Source: Ranitomeya imitator (taxonomy: Eukaryota). Taken from it: a stretch of DNA of 64,000 nucleotides. This document shows, in pieces, positions 1 to 19,600 of this stretch. The stretch covers positions 15,314,001 through 15,378,000 of the forward strand of contig NC_091285.1 of the NCBI RefSeq assembly GCF_032444005.1. Direction: 5' to 3'. Within the stretch, counting starts at the first letter, position 1, and the number at the start of each line of letters is the position of its first letter. Position numbers and translations under genes: made by a program. Under the pieces are notes generated by a model, which was given only the letters and a program-made list of their open reading frames with translations, searched no databases and was not told where the DNA came from.

Positions 1-485
1 TGGACAAAGGAACATCAAGATCTCTGGAGATGGACAAAATTGGTAGCCTTGAGAATGTTGATATTATTCAACAATTTTGGTTCTTAAGTCATCAGGCAGT
101 TCCATTCTCGTCTTTCTGCTTTCCATTTTTAGTGTGGCTCACACAGACAAACAATGCAAAAATTGAGTCAACTTTTCCCCTTTTTATCTGATTTCAGGTG
201 TGATTTTAATATTGCCCACACCTCTTACTTGCCACAGGTGAGTTTGAACGAGCATCACATGCTTGAAACAAAGTTGTTTACCAACAATTTTGGAAAGGTG
301 CCAACAATTCTGCCTGGCCCATTTTTGGGGTTTTGTGTAAAATTATGTCCACGGGAAATAAACATGTGTATATCAAAACATGTGTAATTGCAATTATTTT
401 CTGGGAGAAATATTTCATTTTCTGGAACAATTTCAAGGGTGCCAAAATTTTCAGCCTTGAATGTGTTTGGTAATTAAGTGCACTG
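1..485. mobile_element. Tc1/mariner-like terminal fragment
   Basis: Ends ...agggtgccaaaatttt...gtgcACTG followed by TA (inverted CAGTG terminus plus TA target). No transposase in the window. Confidence 0.45.
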
Positions 486-599
486 TATATGGGGGCATAT
501 GCCTGGCAGGTGGCTGCAATGTATATAGATGAATAATAGCAGCCATATTGCATGTGAATAATTGTAGCTGTCATACAACTATATGGCATCTTCCATAGC

Positions 600-1727
600 T
601 TCAAACCACATGCATGTACATACAGATGCTGCACCCAAGGTGACCGGCTGCTGCAGTGATGTTGCATTCCCTTCGGGGAGGGTGATATCATGCTTGGAGG
701 CAATGGAGTTCTCTTTGCCAGATAAGGCACTCACACACAACACATTTCAAATCCAGGCCTGGAGGGGAGCTCAGGACTCGGATTCAGGGGAGCTTCCCTA
801 AGCTATATGTATCCTGACCTGGAGGAGGAGTTAGGCTAGTCTGGGAGAGACACAGGAGGAGAAGGAAGTCTGAGAGAGCAGACAGGGAGGCCTGGCAGCC
901 ACGTGGAGCTGCAGCCCTCTGGAAGGAGAAGGACCCGAAGGGTTGCATATGGTGGAGCTTCTGAGGAAAGGAGCAGAGGAAAGGAACAGGGCTCAGAGGG
1001 GAACTGTGACTGGGCACCCTCAGAGCCGAAGCGCAGTACCGGGTATCGGGAGCCCGAGGCCTTAGGGGAACTGTAGGACACTTGGCAGAACCGGAGGGAT
1101 GAGAACTTTATGGGATTGGCCCAAACCACACCTGAGATGCAGCAGAGCAGCACCTGAGGAGCCTGGGGCATGATAGAGTCCCTATAAAAAGGCTAAAGCT
1201 GCCCGTCATGCAGGTATCTGCAGAAAGCTTCAGGCAGCAGGGACGTCATATACAGCAAGCGCTAGTTGGAAAGGCTCACTGACCTCAACTGGAAAAGGGA
1301 TTCTCCCACTGCCTCTGAGCCGACCGGGCCTCATCACCATCAGTGCCTGGTACCCTGGACTGTGGCCCGCCAACTACAGTAAACCAGGTAAAGACTTTAC
1401 AACTTGCATCCTTTGTTCATTGCCCGGCGTACACCATCCTCGCCACACACTATAGGACTCCTGGGGACCCTGCTTCACCTGTGGGAAGCGATACCATCTT
1501 TGCTACAACAACATCCCCCAGAGAACCCCTTTTAAAGCAGCGTCGTCCCCCCTACTGACCGATCACCACAGGTGGCGTCACGACAAACTTTATCTACAAT
1601 TCCCCTTAAAAGACCTTTCCCCCTTTTTATTGGGCGCTCAGGGCCATGGACCGGGTCGCAGCACCGATTCATCCCCTTTAAGAAGCGACCAGACCGAGTA
1701 CCCTGCTGCCCTGGCGGGCACTTCACA
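600..1727 (+). mobile_element. Probable degraded LTR fragment
   Basis: LTR-like composition, TGGCGTCACGA at 1573-1583 (resembles a tRNA-Ser PBS, from recall) and a CA-ending terminus. No TSD found and the left boundary is uncertain. Confidence 0.35.
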
Positions 1728-3380
1728 GGCACTTAATAGAAGAGGGTGACACATACAGTATACGGGGACATGAAGATTTGTAGACAAATCTGGATGGGTT
1801 GTCAGATATGAGCTCACAATAATGACCCATGGGAACTCTGTGTTCTGCCATATAGGGGTCTGTGCCAAGCTATCAGGTAGACATGGGCAAAAAGATACGA
1901 TCTACACTGATCCGGCTTCCCCCTATGTACTCCTTGGCAATGGAAAAAGGCAACATGGACACCTGTTATGTTTTAATGCCCCTGCGACATGATGAGGTCA
2001 CAACGCAATTTGACAGAATATAAATGTAGCCAGTAATGTGAAATTTCTTATGAAATTACTAAAAAACATGAAAAAAAGCTATTGCATGTATTTGTTATGG
2101 GTTTACTGAGACATAGACGGTTTCAGAAGACCGCAGCGTCTGATTTCCCACACTCCTGCACTGATTAGAAGCTCCTCACCATCATATTAAATGGTGCAGG
2201 CTTCTGCTAGCAGTACAAGGGTTAAAATGTTCAGTTAAAGAGTTGCTAGAGCTTTCCAGCTGTTGATGGTCTAAGCTGTTCAGTGTTGGCCACTCCCCTT
2301 TCCCATATATACTGGCCTCTTCTTTCAGGAATGCCAGTGGTTTCTTGCTTCCTGGCTTTGGAGCTGGAAGTGCTGGTTGTATGAGGTGGTGTTTGGGATG
2401 TTTATGTAAAGACTGTTGTTTGGTTTTTCTGTTGTGTGTATTTCCTCATCCTCTTCAGTCTGTTTGTTTTTTCCTTCCTTCACTCTACGATGTTCCTCTC
2501 TGCTGTTTGTGGGTAGATATTAGTGTGATTGGTATTTTCCTTTACTACTGTACGTATTCCCTTGATAGTCTGGTTTGTGTATTTTCATACACTACTACTA
2601 CCCAATTCCCTGGATTTGGGATGGAACATATTAAACGTGGATTCAGGAGCTCGGCAGGTGTGGCTAGAGTGCCCCCAGCGCAAGGGACATGGAAGGAGCC
2701 CATGGTTCGAGATATCCGACAACAATGATGCTGACCTTGGGGACACTCTCACATCATGATATCTTGATACGGATGATTTATTACTATTCATGTATCATAT
2801 TTAAAGCCAGATCAGTAAAAATAAAACTTACATAGTGGAAAGCAACAGAAAAGAGTGTTTTAAAAGAAAATGATAAAAGATATTCATATAAATTTAAGGA
2901 TGTTTAAAAAGCTAAGGGACCGCAATGGGCACGATCACAGATGCCCATATAGATTCTCAGCTATTTGACAACAACGTGAAAGACTTAAAATAATGAAATT
3001 GATACTGTGTATGAATATTAAAATTATTCAAGGTATTGAATTACATCATTAGTTTTTGATTAGATAAAGGGGTATTGGCAAAACTTTTAAACAGTTGACA
3101 CCTTCAAAGTAAATTGCACATAAAATGTATTTTATTGCAGTATACAGAAGAATATTGTACTCTTGACTTAAAACATGGCATCATCTGAACTCAGCCTTAG
3201 AATTTCTCATTAGGTGTTAGTTTATGTGCTGTCATTTTAAATCTGAGCCATAATAAGTGCTATACCAAAGTCAGAATACATTTCATAGATCGTATATTCT
3301 CTGAAGATCACAATCTGCTATACTAAGATACTAAGACACCGGGGTTAATAGTATGAATCCAGAAAAATTGGCCAACGTTC

Positions 3381-8854
<5,474 letters not shown>

Positions 8855-9399
8855 GGTGCAATGTGTCCCAGTGTCTCGCAGTGCACAAGGTGCTGCCTGT
8901 ATTTTGTCTAGTCCTTCCCCAACCGTACAGCCCGTTCGACAGGTCAGTGAAGGCAGACGCCTATTCGGCAGAGATTCTGCATTGTCATTGCATAACACCT
9001 ACATATGGGATGGGAAAATGTGAATGAAGGGAGAGGTCACAGAGAAACTCTAGAAGGCTGTTTCTTCACGATTGCTCCATAAGAAGTGAACTAGGAAAAA
9101 AAAACATAAAGGGGAAAAGGTTCCCTCTTGATCCCAAGTGTGGACCAGATAAGATCAATGTTGATGTTTCCGAGTATTGATCAAACTGGAGCGACATGAT
9201 CCAGAGTGTCAATCAGACCAGATCACCAACAAGTATCACAACTGTCAATTAGAAAGAATGAACTTTCATAATTCCGTTTGTGGATCACATCGAATCGTCA
9301 TCCTGGAATCCTAAGCATCAATCATAACAATCATGATCCACAGGATCGATCAGGATCAGACGAATTGAAAATTTGTAATCCCTAGTGTGTATCAGACCA

Positions 9400-9790
9400 T
9401 ATGAATATTCACGATCATGAGAGTCGATCAGATCAATGTTTATATTTCTGAGCGTCGATCAGTCCGGAATCAAAATTATTAATCGAGAGCCTGGATCAAA
9501 CTGGATCAACATTCACGATCACGAGAGTCGATCAGATCAATGTTTATATTTCTGAGCGCCGATCAGTCCGGAATCAAAATTATTAATCGAGAGCCTGGAT
9601 CAAACTGGATCAACATTCACGATCATGAGAGTCGGTCAGATCAATGTTCATATTTCTGAGCGTCGATCAGTCCAGAATCAAAATTATTAATCGAGAGTCT
9701 GGATCAAACTGGATCAACATTCACGATCATGAGAGTCGATCAGATCAGTGTTTTATGTTTTTGAGCATCGATCAGTCCGGAATCAACATT
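9400..9790. repeat. 104-bp GATC-rich tandem repeat upstream of AKR gene C
   Basis: acgatc recurs at 9411, 9515, 9619 and 9723 (period 104). It sits inside a wider GATC-rich zone at about 9120-10050. Confidence 0.9.
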
Positions 9791-11599
9791 CATGATCCTG
9801 AGAATCAATCAGACCAGATCGTTATTTTGGGATCGCAAGTGTGATCAGACCGTATCACCACCCAGGATCCCAGTGTTGATCATAATATTCATGATCCTGT
9901 GTTTCAAACAGACCAGATCGTCATTTGTGTGACCACAAGTCTCAAGTCGATCCACATTCGATCAGACCGGATCAACATTCATGATCCCGAGAGTCAATCA
10001 AAGCGGATCATCAAGCAGGATCACAAGTGGATCAACATTCAATCAGACATGCGTTGACATGAGCGTTAATGTTATTTCATTCTAAGAAATCATATAAGCC
10101 ATTTTCTTAAGCTATGGACGGTGCTCGCAGCGACCAGCTCCTGATGTGACCGCTCGATCACCGGCTGATCTAATCTTTTAGTATTATTTTTTTCACATCT
10201 CGCCCTTATAATCAGAAGAGGAGCTGAGGTTGAGTATTAATAATCATTCGTTTCTGTACTGTTACATCAGCTCATGTGATCTGATAACACCGGCTGATCA
10301 TACAGTAATATATTATGTAATGTGACATCCTCGTATGTAAATATCGTTCTCTCCGTTATTTACATTTACCTAACAGTGGCCACTAGGGGGCACATATTTA
10401 CCTAAAATAAAACTGATTTGTCATCATTCTTCAGCATATGACGATGTCTATGAACTTTGCTCAGGTTTATACATTAACTCTATTACTCGATACTAGATTC
10501 ACATTATGGTTCTTCCAGCAGATGGTAAAAAGATGGGTCTGTTAGGTTCTAGAAGACACTTTCTGAAATCAGACCAATCATCCGAATCATCAAATCTCAG
10601 GTCAATTGTGCATGTATTTGGCAAATGTCCCTTTAAGGAGTATTCCCATCTCGGACAATTAGGTAGGGGAGGGGGATATTTGTGCTGCAAACTTATCCCT
10701 CCTTTCACCCACCCCGGAACTCCCTCATCTTTCCTGGTAACGTCTCCAGGACAGACCCTTTGGTGCATGATTTACATAAACCACACCCATTTGGCTCAGT
10801 AGCAGAGTGGACATGTCTTCTTGTGAGAACTGGAAATCTAAAACCTTGGATGATACTCGTGAATCGAAAGTACTCTGAAGTCTCGAGTTGCCCTGAATAG
10901 TCATGTATAGTTCTATAGTTTTCCTCCCACATTGATCTTCACTGCAATGCTGTTATACACTGTATAGTTTTTTGCAGTGTGTCATGACTTTCTCTCCCTA
11001 TCTCTCCCTATCTCTGTGGCTGTCCAGATTGATTACAAAATGGCTGCTGCATTCCCTGCCTTTGCTTTTATACTGGCTATGATAGTTCCTTCTGATTGGC
11101 TGTGCAATACCATGTGATATGGTGGTTGCAAGGCATTATGGGGAAGTCCGATTGAGGTCATGTGATCCTAATCTGGCTGATGAAATCTCCTGCAATGTGT
11201 TAAATAGCAGTGGCCATTTTAGGTGATTCACGTGAAGCAAATTGAATCGTAAATTGTACGAGTTCGGCTAGTTCAGCTAATTCCTAAAATTCACCACAAA
11301 TTTGATTTGCATCAAATCAATTGACTCTTATAATATCAATGATATTATCTATTCACATAGACCCAACATATCCCATAGCTCATTATAAATCAATCTAAAA
11401 GAATGAGGTAGCACATTCCAGAGAAGTGGTGCAGCACCAGAGAAATGTTAGGCTCACCAGTTGAGACACATTCTCCAAGTCCTTCTCCGGGTGGGCAATA
11501 GAGCCACAGGCGTCGATGCAGCATCTAGATGGAGCACACGAACACGGACAGCTGAAGGACTGGAATACCATAGGTATACAGGTGGAATGCTGGAAACTG

Positions 11600-12320
11600 T
11601 AGGCAAGCAGGCAGAATGCTAAAAAATGCTGGCAGGCTGGAAATGTCCAAGGGACCACAGGGAAGCATTTAGTATGCTGGAAATTGCTGGCAGGTGGAAG
11701 ACATCCAGGAGACCAAAGGCAGGAAGGCGTGATGCTGGAAAGTGCTGGCAGGTGCAAGACATACTTTCCTGGAAGGTATGCGAGATATCGGAAACTTCTG
11801 GCAGGCGGGAAACGTCCAGGAGACCACACGGAAGTATTTAGTATGCTCAAAACTGCTGTCAGATGGAAGAAATCCAGGGGACCAGAAGCAGGAAGGCAGG
11901 ATTCTTGAATGCGCTGGGCAGGTGAGAGACATACAGGAGGCTGCAAGAAGGTATGCGGGTTGCAGGAAACTGCTGGCAGGCAGGAGATGTCCGGGAGACC
12001 ATAGGAAAGCAGGTGGAAGACGTCCAGTAGACCACAGGCTAACAGGTGAGATGCTGGAAACAAGTGGCAGGCATAGATATCCAGGAGACCACAGGCAACC
12101 AGGCTGGATATTGGAAATTTCTGGCAGACGGGAGACATCCAGGAGACCGCAGGCAGGTAGGCAGATTGCCGGATTGCAGGCAGGGTCCGTCCAGGGAACG
12201 GCAGACAGCAGCTGAGTAGGTCAAGGTGCATGATGCAAGCCAGAGTCTAGTAACACTGAAGTTGTAATAAAGTCCTGGAAGTCGCAAGCAGACAGGAGAC
12301 ATCCTGGAGACCACTGACAG
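11600..12320. repeat. Degenerate purine-rich tandem repeat (catccaggagaccac/gctggcagg modules)
   Basis: Recurring ccaggagacca and ctggcag modules. The overlapping ORFs have no recognisable domain. Confidence 0.6.
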
Positions 12321-12399
12321 GAACTGTACACAGGCAAACTAATTTCAAACTAGAAAGTCTTAATTCCACGACATAGGTGTGTGATTTGTGAGGCCTTAT

Positions 12400-12790
12400 G
12401 TAGGCCTTGGAATTTCAACGCATGGGAGTACGCGGGCCTTGATGTGGAGCACAAGAAAGTCTAGCAGACTGGGGGGAAGGAAGCAAAGCAAGGGGCAGAT
12501 GTGTAACAAGACATATTGGAGGTTCGGATTATGAGCATGATAGTCATAGATCATTGGTAAGACTGAGAGCATGGAATGGTGGTAGACAGGGATGAGGGAG
12601 GAGATGTAAGGCGATACAGTGGAGAGGTTTTGTGGGTGACAGTGATAGGTTAATGGTATATTGTGGGTGACCAGTGCAGTGGCTGGCCTATGGGGAAGGC
12701 ATTGGTTTATTGGTTGGCAAGGAATATGAGCCTATCTGTTACATTCAGGGTGAGTTGGTATTAGGAAAGTTTAGGGAGGTGAGCACTGAC
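12400..12790 (-). mobile_element. Old L2 LINE 3' fragment
   Basis: The reverse complement (cacccacaaaacctctcc...tacatctcctccctcatccctgtctaccacc) aligns by eye with the 3' end of the L2 ORF at about 55095-55200. Confidence 0.55.
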
Positions 12791-13342
12791 TAGTAATGAC
12801 TTTTGTCGTGTGGTCATGACTCCATGTGGAAAGAGGGGTGGCAAGAGGCAAAGAATCTATAAAAGAGGCATATGGCTGGCACATGGTATGGAGGAATTTT
12901 TGGCTGGCACTGTGTTTTGCACCTGACACTTAAAAAGCACCCAGAAAATCAGGGAGCAAAAAGTTGTCCACCGCAGCATGTGACTGCCGGATGGTCTTTT
13001 GTTCCTCTTTTGTGTTCTTGTTTTGTCTGCCCAAAGGTTGACATTTACACCATGCCTTTCTCCGTGTAGGCATTTTTTGATTTTTTTTGCTATTTTTATG
13101 GAAATATATTTATTTTAATAATGATTTCTGCATTTCATATTATTACTGTATTCAATTACATTTTGTATTTGATTTTTTAGACTGTTTTTTTTTGTCTTTG
13201 TCCAGAACTTTCTTGTCTGATAAGGACTGTTTCTTTATATTTTTGGTTATTTTAGCTTATTAGCAACATTATAGCTGTATTTAAATAGTGCTGCAGTGCA
13301 AAGCATGGGAGCAAAGTAGCAGCCTTTGCCTCTTATGAGTCA

Positions 13343-14967
13343 CTAGATGGTGGCCCGATTCTAAAGCATCGGGTATTCTAGAATATGTATGTACGTCGCG
13401 CTGTGAGTGGGGGTTAAATTCCGCCCCAATATCGCTGATTGGTTGCGACCAATCAGCGAAGCGTCATTGAAATCCCGCACCAATTTGCTGCCGAACTGCG
13501 TTTCGCTGATTGGTCATGGTTGGCCAGGCACAACTAATCACCGAAGCGGTGTTTAAATCCCGTGGCAATATCGCTGATTGGTCGCGGCCGGCCGCGTAAT
13601 ATATAGCACAGCCATGTAGTATATAGCAGCCACGTACTATATAGCACAGCCACATAGTATATAGCACAGCCACATAGTATATAGCACAGCCACATACTAT
13701 ATAGCAGCCACATACTATATAGCAGCCACACACTATATAGCACAGCCCACGTAACAGACAGCCACGTAGTATATAGCACAGCCACGTAGTATATAGCAGC
13801 CACGAAGTATGTAGCACAGTCCACGTAATATATAGCACAGCCCACGCAGTATATAACACAGGCTACGTAGTATATAACACAGCCCACACAGTATATAACA
13901 CTGCCCACATAGTATACAGCAGCCAGGCAGTATATAACTCATCCACGTAGTATATAGCACAGCCCACGTAACACAGACAGCCACGTAGTATATAGCACAG
14001 CCACGTAGTATATAGCAGCCACATAGTATATAGCAGCCACGTAGTATATAGCACAGCCTACGTAATATATAGCACAGCCCACGCAGTATATAACACAGGC
14101 GACATAGTATATAGCACAGCCCACGCACTATATAACACTGCCCACGTAGTATATAGCAGCCAGGCAGTATATAACACAGCCCACGTAATATATAGCACAG
14201 CCCACATAGTATATAACACGCATCGGGTATTCTAGAATATGTATGTATGTACATCGCGCTTAGCACAGCCACGTAGTACATAGCACAGCCACGTAGTATA
14301 TAACACAGCCACATAGTATATAGCTCAGCCACATAGTATATAGCACAGCCACATAATATATAGCACAGCCACGTAATATATAGCACAGCCACATAGTATA
14401 TAGCAGCCACATAGTATATAGCACAGCCGACATAATATATAGCACAGCCCAAGCAGTATATAACACAGGCCACATAGTATATAACACAGCCCATACAGTA
14501 TATAGCACAGCCCACGTAGTATATAACACAGCCAACGTAGTATATAACACAGCCCACGCAGTATATAATACAGCCCACGTAGTATATAACACAGCCCACG
14601 TAGTATATAACACAGCCCACGCAGTATATAACACTGCCCGCGAGACCGCTAAGTCATCTGGGTAATGTCGCAATGCATCTCTGGGAACGGAAGCTGGCGG
14701 CCGCATCACGCGCATCGGTGGACGTCGGAAGGTGAGAATAGCACAATTTTTTTTTTTTTTATTATTTTTAACATTGGTCCGGGATGGGGCGACACACTGG
14801 CACTGACTGGAGGGGAGTAGGACGGGGCCAATTCGCGGCCGGACTAAGCCTGTCGCTGATTGGTCGCGGCCTGTCGGCCGCAACCAATCAGCGACGCAGG
14901 TTTTCCGTTACAGACAGACAAACAGACAAACAGATGGAAGTACCCCTTAGACAATTGTATAGATAGA
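13343..14967 (-). mobile_element. Non-autonomous Helitron-like element carrying a ~20-bp minisatellite
   Basis: The minus strand starts TC after A (14968) and ends CTAG before T (13342). Subterminal hairpin CCCGAT/ATCGGG at 13354-13373, no TSD. Internal tatatagcacagcc(c)acgtag repeats at about 13590-14640. Confidence 0.75.
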
Positions 14968-16666
14968 TGAGGCTCACAAATCATTGGCTTTAAACATGGG
15001 TCTATACATAAATCCAGTTTATGCTGGGACATAAATATTTTTTTGATTTTTGGAACATTCAGTCCTGCTCACATAAATCCCCTTCCTAACACCCTATTTA
15101 CAGTATGTATTGCAGAGGTTACAATGTATTTATGGAGCGCACTCAGGAGCTGAGCTCACTCAATACACAGTGGACTGAAAAAGCCAGTCTTCTTTGCAAC
15201 AGGTCACAGGCCAGTGCCTAGGGCGACAATACTAAAAGGCGTCACTTCGTGGTTATACTTTTTGTTCTTTCATATTTATGTATGTTTTCCTACTGGACAA
15301 AATGCCCAAATTCACAACCCCTACCAAGTACCACTCCCTCATACAAGAGCAGCAGCAGGTTACCCATACACAACATCAATAGAGTGACCCATATAAAAAT
15401 CACCCATCGACAAATCAACATATTGTAAATTTTTTTACAATTTAAATATACAATTGAAACAAGATATTACGGTAATAAAAACAAACACAAAAAAACCCCA
15501 GCAAACTAATGGAAAGAGGTAGCGCATTCCAAAGTATTGTTGCAGCACAAGAGAAGTCTTGGAGATGGGAATGAAAGGTTCAGATTATGGAGGATGTTAT
15601 GAAAATGTCAGGAGCGTTTCCCTATAAAAAACAATATTTCTGTAAATCACTTCCGTGTTTTCATCTATTGGAAATGTATTCCCTGTAGGCTTGAAAAAGC
15701 GAGAGAGAGAAGAAAAGTGGGAGCGAGAGAGGGAAAGGGAGGGAGAGATGTTTAGAGGTATCAAGATAGTGGACACGATTCATGAAATTGACGCAGAGTC
15801 AAAAAGTCCTTTTTTTCTTGTCTTCAACTGATTTTGCACAAAATCACTAAAATTTTGTAAAAATTTTGATGTACTCAAAATTACACCACGGGAGGAACTG
15901 ACTTGAAATTGTGCTAAATTTTGCTACTTTTTAAAAAGTTCCAATTTATGAATTAAATACATATGGAATTGCTAAAAGCCGCCAACAAAAAAAAGACAGG
16001 CTGGCAAATATAAAATAAACTTAAAAAAGGTGCAAAGAACATAATGAATTGGGTGCAAACAAAGGCGCAAAACACACAAAACTAGACAAAAAACAGTAGC
16101 AAAGGCAATGGTGAATCAGGGCCAATGTGTTTTTTTTTTCGGTGTGGAAGCTTCACGCAAATGTGATTTTGATGTTTGTTTGTTTCTTATTTTACATATG
16201 CAGCATGTTAGTTTCTCTTGCATAGATTCACCTTTTGGTGCCAGATTGTACCCATTGACGTCAATAAGTTCCCTAAATCCAAAGGTTAAACATCTGGGTT
16301 GGCATTGTTTCTTTAAATTTTTTGGTGGTTTTCCTGAACAAAAAGTGCACAGAAAAACATATGAGTACCGTAAGTGTCGAAAATGCGTGTGAATTCTAGA
16401 TGCAGAAACTTTTGAGATCAACACACAAAATCGGGACAAAACACCAAATGCGTGAACCCAACCTAAAACAAATAAAAAATTTGGTGCGAGTCTTGAATCT
16501 TGAAAGACAGTTTTTTTGGCAGTAATTGCAGCAGACTTCTGATGCCTTTAGCTCAAATAATCTCTCCCGTTGTGGTTACAATCTACTTCTACACAAGCCT
16601 AAGTAATGTGCAGGTAGGTGGGATGGTGCAAAAGAGGAACCGCCATGCAGCAGACCCACACTCATG

Positions 16667-19600
16667 TGTTATGATGCGGTGGTCTAGGAGCAACATGGAA
16701 CGAGCTCTGAAGGAAGTGGTAACTGTACTGACCGCAGTCCCTAAGCTCAACACAACACTAGAAGCAGCCGTGGAATGCTCCTAACTCTCCCTATGCATCT
16801 CGTCACAGCCTAAGAGCTAACTACCCCTAAAGACAGAAGCAGGAAAACTATCTTGCCTCAGAGAAAATCCCCAAAGCATAGATTAGCCCCCCACAAATAA
16901 TGACTGTGAGTGGAGAGGGAAAAGACATACACAGAATGAAACCAGGATGAGCACAGGAGGCCAGTCTAGCTTGATAAATAGGACAGGATGTAATACTGTG
17001 CGGTCAGTATAAAACACTACAAAAATCCACGCAGAGTTTACTAAAAATCTCCACACCTGACTAAAGGTGTGGAGGGTACATCTGCTTCCCAGAGCTTCCA
17101 GCAAGACAGAATTAATTCATACTGATAAGCTGGACAAACATAGAAAGCACTGAACGGATAAGTCCACAATCTGTGAACAGAGCAAGTAAGAACTTAGCTT
17201 TGCTGAACTGGTCAGGAAAACAGGAAAATCCAAAGAGATGTAAATCCAACCAGAAACCATTTACAAGTGGCACTAGCTGAAGAAACAGCCAGACCTAAAT
17301 AGCCGAGCAGAAGAGAAGATAAGTGGAGGCAGCTGATGACAGCTAACTCCAAGGAGCAGCCATACCACTTGAAACCACAAGAGGGAGCCCAAGAGCAGAA
17401 CTCACAAAAGTGCCACTTACAACCACCGGAGGGAGCCCAAGAGCGGAATTCACAACAGTACCCCCCCCCTTGAGGAGGGGTCACCGAACCCTCACCAGAG
17501 CCCCCAGGCCGATCAGGATGAGCCAAATGAAAAGCACGAACCAAGTCGGCGGCATGGACATCGGAGGCAACAACCCAAGAATTATCTTCCTGGCCATAAC
17601 CCCTCCACTTGACAAGATACTGAAGCCTCCGCCTCGAAAAACGAGAATCCAAAATCTTCTCAACCTCATATTCCAACTCTCCCTCAACCAACACCGGGGC
17701 AGGAGGGTCAACCGAGGGAACAACGGGCACCACATATCTCCGCAACAAAGATCTATGGAAAACATTATGAATGGCAAAAGAGGCTGGAAGAGCCAAACGA
17801 AACGACACCGGATTAATAATTTCAGAAATTTTATAAGGACCAATAAACCGAGGCTTAAACTTAGGGGACGAAACCTTCATAGGAACATGACAAGAAGACA
17901 ACCAAACCAAATCCCCCACACGAAGCCGGGGACCAACACACCGACGGCGGTTAGCAAAACGTTGAGCCCTTTCCTGAGACAACGTCAAATTGTCCACCAC
18001 ATGAGTCCAAATCTGCTGCAGCCTGTCCACCACAGAATCAACACCAGGACAATCAGAAGGCTCAACCTGGCCAGAAGAAAAGCGAGGATGAAAACCAAAA
18101 TTACAAAAGAAAGGTGAAACCAAAGTAGCCGAACTAGCCCGATTATTAAGGGCAAACTCGGCCAAAGGCAAGAAAGACACCCAATCATCCTGATCAGCAG
18201 ACACAAAGCATCTCAAATAGGTCTCCAAGGTCTGATTAGTTCGCTCAGCTTGGCCATTAGTCTGAGGATGAAACGCCGAAGAAAAAGACAAATCAATGCC
18301 CATCCTAGTACAAAAGGACCGCCAAAATCTAGAGACAAACTGAGAACCTCTGTCAGACACAATATTCTCCGGAATGCCATGCAAACGAACCACATGCTGA
18401 AAATACAATGGAACCAGATCTGAGGAGGAAGGCAACTTAGGCAAAGGTACCAGATGGACCATTTTAGAGAACCGGTCACAAACAACCCAGATAACAGACA
18501 TCTTCTGGGAAACAGGAAGATCCGAAATAAAATCCATGGAAATATGCATCCAGGGCCTCTCAGGGACCGGCAAAGGCAAAAGCAATCCACTAGCGCGGAA
18601 ACAGCAAGGCTTGGCTCGGGCGCAAGTCCCACAGGATTGCACAAAAGCACGGACATCGCGCGACAAGGACGCCCACCAAAAGGACCTAGCAACCAAATCT
18701 CTGGTACCAAAAATCCCAGGATGACCAGCCAACACTGAACAATGAACCTCAGAAATCACCTTACTTGTCCATCTATCAGGAACAAACAGCTTCCCCACAG
18801 GACAGCGGTCAGGCCTATCAGCCTGAAATTCCTGAAGCACCCGTCACAAATCAGGAGAGACGGCAGAAAGAATCACCCCTTCCTTAAGAATGCCAACCGG
18901 CTCAAGGACTCCAGGAGAATCAGGCGAAAAACTCCTAGAGAGGGCATCAGCCTTAACATTCTTAGATCCCGGAAGATACGAGACCACAAAATCAAAACGG
19001 GAGAAAAACAGGGACCATCGAGCCTGTCTAGGATTAAGCCGCTTGGCCGACTCGAGGTAAATCAGATTCTTATGATCGGTCAGGACTACAACGCGGTGCT
19101 TAGCTCCCTCAAGCCAATGTTGCCATTCCTCAAACGCCCACTTCATAGCCAACAACTCCCGATTGCCGACATCATAATTGCGTTCCGCAGGCGAAAACTT
19201 TCTGGAAAAAAAAGCACACGGTTTCATCAAAGAACCATCAGACTCCCTCTGAGACAAAACGACCCCTGCCCCAATCTCAGAAGCGTCGACCTCAACCTGA
19301 AAAGGAAGAGAAACATCCAGCTGACGCAAGACAGGGGCAGAAGTAAATCGGCGTTTAAGCTCCTGAAAGGCCTCAACAGCCGCAGAGGACCAATTCGTCA
19401 CATCCGCGCCTTTCTTCGTCAAATCAGTAAGGGGCTTAACCACACTGGAAAAGTTGGCAATGAAACGGCGATAGAAATTAGCAAAGCCCAAAAATTTTTG
19501 AAGGCCCTTCACAGATGTGGGTTGAATCCAGTCATGAATAGCTTGGACCTTAACAGGATCCATTTCTATAGACGAGGGAGAAAAAATAAAACCCAAAAAA

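Noticed and set aside
10499-10932. Overlapping 72-98 aa ORFs as an unknown gene
   Set aside because: No recognisable motif, no consistent splice structure, and the lengths are expected by chance.
13464-14883. Cys/Tyr-rich ORFs resembling metallothionein or keratin-associated proteins
   Set aside because: They are translations of the ~20-bp minisatellite inside a Helitron-like element.
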